A DNA stretch of 13,242 nt from an uncultured Acidobacteriota bacterium (GTDB taxonomy: Bacteria > Acidobacteriota > Thermoanaerobaculia > UBA5066 > DATFVB01). The translations under genes and the position numbers were made by a program. Below are positions 6,501-13,242 of this stretch, piece after piece. The notes under the pieces were generated by a model. It was not told the DNA's origin. It saw nothing but the letters and a program-made list of their open reading frames with translations, and did not search any database. Location: NCBI GenBank assembly GCA_963813155.1, contig CAWEYG010000021.1:1-13242 (forward strand). Reading direction: 5' to 3'. Every line of letters begins with the position of its first letter. The first letter of the stretch is position 1.

Positions 6501-9500
6501 CTATTCGGTTTCCCCCGGAACGTAGATCAGGTCGTTCGTGTGATTGTCGATCTCCGCGGCAAAAACGAGAGCCTGGCCCGAGCCGGAATCCACCGTGAAC
6601 TCGAGGTAGCCGTTGGACGAGGTTCCCGCGCCGAGCAGGTCGCCGAGGGTCGTCTGGAGCGTCGAGTTCGCCGCGAGCGAATAGGCCTTCGTTCCCTGCG
6701 GGATCCCGTTTTCGTCGAAGAACGTCGCCCGGATCGTGACCGGCGATCCGGAAACCTCCGTGAAGCCGAAATTCGTGCGGAAGTCCGAGTTGTGCGCCAG
6801 GTGAATCGAGACTTTCTTTCCGCCGGCCGAGAGCGCGTCGGAGGCCTTCGCCCCCGTGACGAAAAAGCCATAGGTTCCGGTCCCTCCCGGCGCGCCGTTC
6901 GGCGTCGAGGTCCGGGCGGAGACGAAGAGATTCGCCGGCGTCTGGGGATGGATCCGGAGCCCGGCGCCGGAATCGCCGCTGAGCCCGAAGAGGCTCTGCA
7001 GGACGTCCTTGAAGACGAGCGTCTGCCCGGGCTGAACGGTGATCGGGGCGGGAGAGGACGCCCCGCCGGTGCCGAACGCGGGGAGCAGTGAAACGGAGAA
7101 CGTTCGCGGCCCTGTGGACCGGTTCGTCGCCGAGAGGTCGGACGTCAGGAAGCTGTTGAACGAGCCATGGGTGTGGGCGACTTCCGTGATGACGATGTCG
7201 TCGCTGGACTCAGCCTGGGGCTTCGCGACCGAGAGGAGCGTGTCGCCCGAGCCCTCGTCGACCGTCGCTCCGTACGGGATGACGCGGCCACCCGAGAGAA
7301 CGGTGAAATCCAGCCGCGCGGCCGGAGCCGTGAATGCGTGCGCCGTGTCGGTGAGCGGGTTGTACTGCTGATTCGAGTAGGGGAGCAGGGTGAGCGTGAA
7401 CGTCCCCACCGACGCGCCCGATCCGTCGAATCCGTCGACTCGGACCGTCGTCGTCTGCCCGGATGCCTCCGTCGCGCCGACGTTGGTGTGGAACCCCGCC
7501 GCCGTCTCGAAGCCGTTCGCCGTCGCGGTTCCGTCGGCGGCGCCGACGGCTCCCGCCGGCGTCGACGTCGGGACGAACGTGCCGAAGGTTCCGTCGGCGT
7601 TGCGCGTGTAGGCCCGCGAGGACGCGTGGAAAGACGTTCCGTCCACCGCGACGAGGACGAGCGATCCGACGGATCCGGGCGAGTCGAAGTCGTTCAGGCA
7701 GAGGTCGTTTAAGGCGAGCGATTCGCGCGGCTGAACGAGATGATTGACGCCGAGCGCCGAGCTGGCGGCCTGCCCCTGCTGCACGAGAAAGGCGTTGATC
7801 GTCACCGGATGCGAAAACGACGGATTGAAAATGCGAGCGTCGCTCTGGAAGAAGAACCCCGCGCCCTGGGTATTCGCGACGAGGGGCACGATGCGGCGGA
7901 AGTCCGAGCCGTTGCTCGCGGGGACGGATTCAACCGGAGCGGGCTTGTACCGCGGCTGGAGCACGTTGCTCGCGAACCCCTTCGAGTCGAAAAGCTGGAG
8001 GCTGACCGAGACGCAGTCGGGGCACACCGACGCAGTCACGCCCGTGATCTGGAGCTCCTCCGTGACGTCTTTCTGGCCGTCGAGCGAACCGTCGAACGAG
8101 CCGGGCGCAAGGGCCACGACCTCGCCGGTCGAATCGTAGAAGAAGACCGAGAATGAGTCGATGTCGCCCTCGTTGTCGTGCGCGGTGAAATCGATGTCGA
8201 TCTGGCCTGGCGTCACGGGATCGACTTTCGCCGAGGCGGTCTCCAGAAGGGGCGGGGTCCCGTTCTGATTCTGAATCCGGATCCAGTACGGAACGTAGAG
8301 CGCGCCGGAAATGGTCGCGCCCCCGTCCGAGATCGTGACGGCGCCTTCGGAATCGTTCTGACCGTGAGCGATCGAGGCCGCGACGTTCAACGTGAGCGTG
8401 AACGTTCCCGACGTCGCCGGCGCCAGCGAGAGGGTCGAGGGCGAGACGGTCGGCGTGACAGCCGGGTCGCTCAGGCCCGACGTCGCCGCCGCCTGGAGCT
8501 GGTACGTCGCCGGTGAGGCGCTCTTGTTCTCGAGAGTGAACGTCTGCGTGAGGAATCCCGCCGGCGGGGCGCCGTTCAAGAAAACCTGCCGGAAGGACTG
8601 GCTGGCGGGCAGCACGACCGCTTCGACGGCCGAGGCGGCCGCGAGATCGATGTCGCCCGAACCGCGGCGCATCACCGAGAGGTTGCCGATGCGGGAGGCG
8701 TCGTTCGGGTCGGTCGGCCTCGTTGCGGTTTCCATGAGGCCGGCCTTGATTTCGGCGGGTGTCCAGTTCGGATGCTTCTGGACCATCAGCGCGGCGGAGC
8801 CTGCGGCTCGCGGAGCGGAGAACGACGTCCCGCCCCCGAACCTGAAGCCCGAAGGATCGAAGAAGGGAGTGTCCTGTCCTGAATCGGGGTCGGGAAGCGG
8901 AAATCTTCCTTCGCCGAGGGGGTCGTCGTCCTGGCAGGCCGCGTAGCTTCCGACGCCGACCGAGGTGAGATCCGGCTTGATCTGGAAGTCGATCGTGGGC
9001 CCGTTCGAGGAAAAGTCCGCCAGGTCATGCGAAGGCGCGGCGAACGTCGCGGCCGGTGTGCCCGCCGGCGCGGGGCCGAAGCTTCCGGTCGGCGCGGAGG
9101 CGCCCGGGTTCGCGTCGAGGTAAGCCTTCAGGTTCAACCCGTCCGTCCGGGTGACGAAAATCGTCGGGATCGTCGTGCCGTCGACGGACGGCTGCAGCAG
9201 CGAATCGCCTCCCGGAGTCCCGCAGCTGGAAGAAGCCGCGTCGCAGTTGTAGATGACGACGCCGATGGCGCCCGCCGAGGCGGCGTTGCCGACTTTCGCG
9301 GAAAACGTGCACGTGCCGCGCTGGATGAGAACGATCTTGCCGGAGATCAGGGGATCGAGGATCCTCGTGCAGCCGAGCGAATCGCCGGCGCCGTCGGAGT
9401 TGTCCCAGTCGAGGAACTTGGCCGAGATGGGAACCGCGGGGAACGTCACGCTGGACCCATCCCCCTGGGCCCCGATGATGTTCGCGACGGACGGAGGCGC

Positions 9501-10745
9501 GCCCCCGTCGGTCATCGCGACGCGGGCCAGAACGCTCGCGCTGACGCCGTTGTGCGAGTTCGTCGTCGCCCCGACGGCGATCACGTCGGGAATGTCGGCG
9601 CTCGAGCTGATCGAGCCGGGAAGCACGTTGCCGTTGGCGTCGACGCCCGAATTTCCGGCGGAGATGGTCACGACCATTCCTCCCGCGATCGCGTTCTCGA
9701 TCGCTTCGAACTCGCCGGCGTTGTTGAAGAGAAAAGGCTCCAGCCCCGTGTCGGGGTCGTTCAGGCCGAACGACATGTTGAGCACGTCCATTCCGTCGGC
9801 GACAGCCTCGTCGATCGCGGCGATGATGTTGTCGGTGAAGGCATTCGGCGCGAAGACCCGGTAGTCGCCGATGTAGGCCTTCGGTGCGACGCCTTCGAGC
9901 GTCACCGGGCGCCTCCCCCCTCCCGACAGGGCCACTTTCGCGCCGGCCGCGACGCTCGCGGTGTGCGATCCGTGGCCGGAGAGATCCTGGGCGGTCCGGT
10001 GGCCCGCGTTCAGGGCGGCGCTGGTCGAATCGATGATGCCCTGAAAGTATTTCGCGACGATGACCTTGGAATTCGCGAAGTGATTGCCGTCGTTTTCCTT
10101 CGGAAAGCCGGCGGGCATCGCGAGGGAGGAGTCGGAAAACATCGGGTTGGAGAAATCGACGCCGGTGTCGACGTCGGCGATCTTGACGCCCGCGCCGGCG
10201 TTCGCGTCTCCGCCGACGGTCCCCCAGAACGCGGGCGCGTTCATCAGCGGATTCGAGGTGTCGAGGTGGAGCTTGTATTTTCGAACGGGGTAGACGGTCT
10301 TCACCCGCGGATCGGATCGCAGGACGGAGAGGCCTCCCTCGGGGACGAGAACCGACATTCCGTTCAGCACGTTTCGGAATCGGGCTCCCGCCTGGAACCC
10401 GGCGATCTTCCCGCGCATGTCGGCTTCGAACGCGTCCTGTTTCGAAGAGAGATCCCGGGCCAACGCGTCCACCTCGGACGGGAGGGCCGCTCGAAAGGGT
10501 TTCGCCGCGCCGGACGCGGATGTCGAAAGCGAGCGCACGAGAGGGGCATCGCGCAGGACGACGATGTAAGCCCTCCTTCCGTCGCTCGCGGCTTCGGTCG
10601 CGAGGTCCGACGATGCGCCGCGAATCGGCGAGAGCGACACCGTCGCCGTCGCGCCGAAGGATCGGCCCGGTCCGAGCGCGACGAGCGCCGAAAGGAAAAA
10701 CGAGACAAAAAGACCTCTACGTCCGATATTTTTCATGATTTCCAA
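6501..10745 (-). CDS. Secreted S8 (subtilisin family, Vpr-like) serine protease: I9-like propeptide, catalytic domain with PA insert, Ig/Fn3-like domains and a duplicated C-terminal module
   Basis: Catalytic triad D (ADVDTGVD), H (GHGSHTAS), S (GTSFSAP); oxyanion SAGNSG; FSSNGP...IKPDL; PA domain GKIVLIQRGTCTFSAKVGNAASAGAIGVVIYN; propeptide YIVVL...NGMSV; signal peptide. TTG start at 10745 has GAGGAG 6 nt upstream; alternative ATG at 10736. Confidence 0.95.
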   Translation of the reverse strand: MEIMKNIGRRGLFVSFFLSALVALGPGRSFGATATVSLSPIRGASSDLATEAASDGRRAYIVVLRDAPLVRSLSTSASGAAKPFRAALPSEVDALARDLSSKQDAFEADMRGKIAGFQAGARFRNVLNGMSVLVPEGGLSVLRSDPRVKTVYPVRKYKLHLDTSNPLMNAPAFWGTVGGDANAGAGVKIADVDTGVDFSNPMFSDSSLAMPAGFPKENDGNHFANSKVIVAKYFQGIIDSTSAALNAGHRTAQDLSGHGSHTASVAAGAKVALSGGGRRPVTLEGVAPKAYIGDYRVFAPNAFTDNIIAAIDEAVADGMDVLNMSFGLNDPDTGLEPFLFNNAGEFEAIENAIAGGMVVTISAGNSGVDANGNVLPGSISSSADIPDVIAVGATTNSHNGVSASVLARVAMTDGGAPPSVANIIGAQGDGSSVTFPAVPISAKFLDWDNSDGAGDSLGCTRILDPLISGKIVLIQRGTCTFSAKVGNAASAGAIGVVIYNCDAASSSCGTPGGDSLLQPSVDGTTIPTIFVTRTDGLNLKAYLDANPGASAPTGSFGPAPAGTPAATFAAPSHDLADFSSNGPTIDFQIKPDLTSVGVGSYAACQDDDPLGEGRFPLPDPDSGQDTPFFDPSGFRFGGGTSFSAPRAAGSAALMVQKHPNWTPAEIKAGLMETATRPTDPNDASRIGNLSVMRRGSGDIDLAAASAVEAVVLPASQSFRQVFLNGAPPAGFLTQTFTLENKSASPATYQLQAAATSGLSDPAVTPTVSPSTLSLAPATSGTFTLTLNVAASIAHGQNDSEGAVTISDGGATISGALYVPYWIRIQNQNGTPPLLETASAKVDPVTPGQIDIDFTAHDNEGDIDSFSVFFYDSTGEVVALAPGSFDGSLDGQKDVTEELQITGVTASVCPDCVSVSLQLFDSKGFASNVLQPRYKPAPVESVPASNGSDFRRIVPLVANTQGAGFFFQSDARIFNPSFSHPVTINAFLVQQGQAASSALGVNHLVQPRESLALNDLCLNDFDSPGSVGSLVLVAVDGTSFHASSRAYTRNADGTFGTFVPTSTPAGAVGAADGTATANGFETAAGFHTNVGATEASGQTTTVRVDGFDGSGASVGTFTLTLLPYSNQQYNPLTDTAHAFTAPAARLDFTVLSGGRVIPYGATVDEGSGDTLLSVAKPQAESSDDIVITEVAHTHGSFNSFLTSDLSATNRSTGPRTFSVSLLPAFGTGGASSPAPITVQPGQTLVFKDVLQSLFGLSGDSGAGLRIHPQTPANLFVSARTSTPNGAPGGTGTYGFFVTGAKASDALSAGGKKVSIHLAHNSDFRTNFGFTEVSGSPVTIRATFFDENGIPQGTKAYSLAANSTLQTTLGDLLGAGTSSNGYLEFTVDSGSGQALVFAAEIDNHTNDLIYVPGETE
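6504..7898 (-). repeat. Protein-level tandem duplication (2 x ~225-230 aa) at the protease C-terminus
   Basis: Copy 1 ~7898-7230, copy 2 ~7199-6504. Colinear motifs: VANTQG/VAHTHG, FQSD..IFNP/LTSD..ATNR, VQPRESL..ND/VQPGQTL..KD, SSRAYT/SARTST, GTFGTFV/GTYGFFV, FHTNVGATE/FRTNFGFTE, FDGSG/FDENG, DFTVLSG/EFTVDSG, VDEGSGD/IDNHTND. Confidence 0.8.
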
Positions 10746-10773
10746 CTGAGACTCCTCTGTTCAAAAACGGATT

Positions 10774-10799
10774 AACGGCATCCGCGACGGCGAAATTCC
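10774..10799 (-). promoter_or_regulatory. Possible ECF-sigma-type promoter (GGAAT-N17-CGTT) upstream of the protease
   Basis: Minus strand GGAAT-TTCGCCGTCGCGGATGC-CGTT, about 30 nt upstream of the TTG start. Confidence 0.3.
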
Positions 10800-10818
10800 A
10801 AATTGAATCTTAATCGAA

Positions 10819-10824
10819 TATTCT
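10819..10824 (+). promoter_or_regulatory. Putative -10 element (TATTCT) giving a leaderless lpxH transcript
   Basis: TATTCT-GTCCGA-ATG; no SD before ATG 10831; AT-rich upstream sequence. Confidence 0.5.
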
Positions 10825-10830
10825 GTCCGA

Positions 10831-11538
10831 ATGATCGCGGTCCTGGCGGATTCTCATCTTGGACAGGGGTCTTCCGGCCTTGCCCCGTTCCGCCAGGCCC
10901 TCGCCGAGGCCCGCGGGCGGGGCGCGACCGCGGTGTACCTTCTGGGCGACATTTTTCAGTATTTAATCGGAGACCCGAAATTCTCGACCCCCCTCCTGCG
11001 CGGTTTTCTCGAGGAAATCCGGGAGATTCGATCCCGCGGGGGGAAAGTCGTCTACGTCGAGGGGAACCGGGACTTCTACCTGCGAGGCTCTTACCTCGAG
11101 AGGGAATTCGACTCGATCCGCCCCGAGGCCTCGTTCGAGGCCGGGGGCCGGAAGTTTTTTCTGGTCCACGGAGACGGCATCAACGAGCGCGACTGGCCCT
11201 ACCGGTTCTGGCGGTTCGTCTCGAAGAACCCGGTCGCTCGGGCGGCGATGACTCTCGTGCCCGGCGCGGCCGCCCGCCGTCTCGTGTCGAAGACCGAAGA
11301 GCGCCTGCGGGAGTCGAATTTCAAGCACAAGTCGCGTCTTCCGGTAGACCTGATCCGTTCCTTCGCGGAAAAGCGGTTCGCGCGAGGAGACGACGTCGTT
11401 CTCCTGGGCCACTTTCACCAGGCGTGGCGCGAGCAGATGCCGGGCGGGGAAGTCCGGATCGTGCCCCCGTTCCTCGAGGAGCGGAGCTGGATCGAAATCG
11501 ACGACAGCGGCGGGATCGCGGTCGTCGGGCTCGCGTGA
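10831..11538 (+). CDS. lpxH: UDP-2,3-diacylglucosamine diphosphatase LpxH (calcineurin-like metallophosphoesterase)
   Basis: Motifs DSH, GDIF, GNRDF (the Arg in GNRD is typical of LpxH), HGD and GHFH; 235 aa. Confidence 0.88.
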   Translation: MIAVLADSHLGQGSSGLAPFRQALAEARGRGATAVYLLGDIFQYLIGDPKFSTPLLRGFLEEIREIRSRGGKVVYVEGNRDFYLRGSYLEREFDSIRPEASFEAGGRKFFLVHGDGINERDWPYRFWRFVSKNPVARAAMTLVPGAAARRLVSKTEERLRESNFKHKSRLPVDLIRSFAEKRFARGDDVVLLGHFHQAWREQMPGGEVRIVPPFLEERSWIEIDDSGGIAVVGLA

Positions 11539-12795
11539 TCTTCGCGGCGGTTCCTCGGATTCCGGAGGTTCGAGGCCGCGTGCGCGTCCCCGGCTCGAAG
11601 AGCCACACGAATCGCGCCCTGTTGCTCGCTTCGCTGGCGAGCGGTCCCGTCCGGGTCCGCGGCGCGCTGCAGTGCGGCGACGCGGATTCGCTCCTGGCCT
11701 GCCTCGCGGCCGCGGGGGCGTTGATCGAACGGGGACCCTCGGAAATCCTCGTCACGCCCGGGCGGCCTCCCGCGTCCTCGGTCGTGTTCGACGTTCGCGA
11801 CTCCGGAACGGCGTGCCGGTTTCTCGCGGCCTCGGCGTCGGCATCGCCCGGGCTCACCGTGACGTTGACCGGATCCTCACGGCTGCGCGAGAGGCCGATC
11901 GGGCCTCTCGTCGACGCGCTGAGAAAACTCGGAGCCGAGATCGCGTATCTCGGCCGGGAAGGCTTTCCCCCGCTCGCGATCCGCGGCCGGTATCTGGACG
12001 GAGGCGAGGCGGCCGTGGATGCCTCGGCGTCCAGCCAGTTCGCTTCGGCGATCCTTCTCGCAGCGCCGCGGATGCGGGGCGGCGTCCGCCTGCGCCTCGA
12101 CGGGGGGGAGGTCTCGCGGGCCTACCTCGACACGACGTCGAAGCACTGTCCTCGGCGGGCGTGCGCTGGACGCGCGCGGGCCCGGCGATCGAAGTGCAGC
12201 CCGGCCCGATCCGGGTCGATGAGATCGCGATTCCCGGGGATTTCTCCTCCGCCGTCCCGCTCGCGGGGGCGGTCGCGGTTCGCGGCGGCGAGATGGAGCT
12301 CGCGAATCTTTCGTGGCCCTCCTCCCAGGCGGACGCCGCCGCGTTTGCCGTGCTGGAGAAGATGGGCGTCGCGATCGCGCCGGCGCTCGACTCGCTCCGC
12401 GTCTCGGGAAAGGCGACGCGTCCCGTGGCCGTCGATGCGGCGGGCTTTCCCGACGCGGTTCCGGTCCTCTGCGCGATCGCTTCGGGGCTTTCCGGGGAGA
12501 GCGTCTTCTCGGGCGTCGAGCATCTGCGCCTGAAGAGAGCGACCGGATCGAGGCGATCCGGGACATGCTGGCCGCGACCGGCGCGGCGTCGAGCGCGGAG
12601 GCCGGCCAGATGGGGGTGGGAGGAGCGGCGGCCGATCCCCTCTCGGAAGTGGTGCTTCCGACGTGCGTCGACCACCGCATCGTGACGGCGTTGACCTTCT
12701 CGCCTCGAGCGCGGCGGATTCGTCGAAGATCCCGGATCGGTCGGGAAATCCTCTCCCGCTTTTTCCGGGATCTCTTCCGCTGTATCTTCTTGTAA
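11535..12795 (+). CDS. aroA: 3-phosphoshikimate 1-carboxyvinyltransferase (EPSP synthase) AroA, frameshifted in this sequence (probably read errors)
   Basis: GTG start overlaps the lpxH stop. Frame A: PGSKSHTNRAL, SGTACRFL, RERPIGPLVDAL, SSQFAS. After ~12137, frame B: IPGDFSSA, QAD, PDAVP, HLRLK. After ~12535, frame C: ESDRI, DHRI. Further indels near 12690-12760 (EDPGSVGKS..FFRDL). End coordinate approximate. Confidence 0.9.
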
Positions 12796-12806
12796 AGAAA
12801 AACACG

Positions 12807-13215
12807 ATGGCCTTGCCGGAAACCGAGTCGGAGTGGGAAGACGCGTCCGCGGAAACCGGGGGAGACTTGCCCTCGGCCGGGAACGTCTGCGGCTTCCTCC
12901 TGATCGAGCACCTCATTTTCCGACGTTCCTTGACCTGGACGTCTCGCGGCTCCCTCTCGCTGCGTTGCCGCCGCGAGGGAAGTCCTGTCTCGAGGTTCGG
13001 CCGTCGCGCGAAACCGCGGCCGCGCTCTTCGTCCAGGCCGCGTCTGCCCTCCTCTCCGGGACGCGTGGATTCCCGCTCCAGCTCTCGGACTTCGAGGATT
13101 CCCGGTCGAGATCTGGAACGGGGCGCCGCAACTCCTGGCTCAAGGACCTCCGCGGGCCGCCCTCCGCAACCCGCCGCGGCCGAACCGGTTCCGGCCCTGC
13201 TGGCCGGTCTCATTC
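12807..13215 (+). CDS. Hypothetical protein, 5' part only, indel-degraded
   Basis: ATG 11 bp after the apparent aroA stop; the frame stays open to the window end (MALPETESEWEDASAETGGDLPSAGNVCGFLLIEH...). Protein-like sequence seems to move into another frame (TAAALFVQAASALL). No family recognised. Confidence 0.35.
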
Positions 13216-13242
13216 AACAACACGCAACTGAACCAGTAGGTA
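13216..13242 (+). other. Probable Oxford Nanopore ligation adapter remnant (technical sequence)
   Basis: AACAACACGCAACTGAACCAGTAGG matches the reverse complement of the ONT adapter as I recall it (AGCAATACGTAACTGAACGAAGTAC...) at 15 of the first 18 nt, with an abrupt GC drop at the very end of the window. Confidence 0.75.

Noticed and set aside
9027-10775. 582-aa plus-strand ORF and other ORFs opposite the protease
   Set aside because: Antisense shadows with no recognisable domains.
10803-11534. Long N-terminal extension on AroA (576-aa ORF)
   Set aside because: Overlaps lpxH in another frame and is low-complexity Arg/Pro/Gly; AroA starts at GTG 11535.
12130-12545. Programmed frameshifting in aroA
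   Set aside because: No slippery heptamers at the shift sites; the scattered indels fit read error better.

Overview
GC-rich bacterial chromosomal region, probably Acidobacteriota (Thermoanaerobaculia-like; an inference from gene content and protein style). A minus-strand cluster lpxC - DUF4390-like exported protein - NtrY-like histidine kinase - NtrX-like/sigma54-type response regulator (cut off at the left edge) faces a divergent GAF/HD-GYP phosphodiesterase gene that is translationally coupled to smpB. A 1414-aa secreted Vpr-like S8 protease with a duplicated, unnamed C-terminal module converges on smpB. Beyond it lie lpxH, coupled to a frameshifted aroA, and a degraded partial ORF. The best non-coding signal is in the 186-bp gap between lpxC and the HD-GYP gene: a -24/-12 sigma54 motif, an IHF-like tract and two in-phase 16-bp GTG-N10-CAC boxes. 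Together they suggest that lpxC (the committed step of lipid A synthesis) is under sigma54 control, possibly by the two-component system in the same cluster. Two genes have a leaderless layout (TAnnnT-N6-ATG). Both window ends are indel-rich and the last ~27 nt resemble an Oxford Nanopore adapter, so the terminal frameshifts are probably sequencing errors. I saw no RNA genes, mobile elements or CRISPR arrays.
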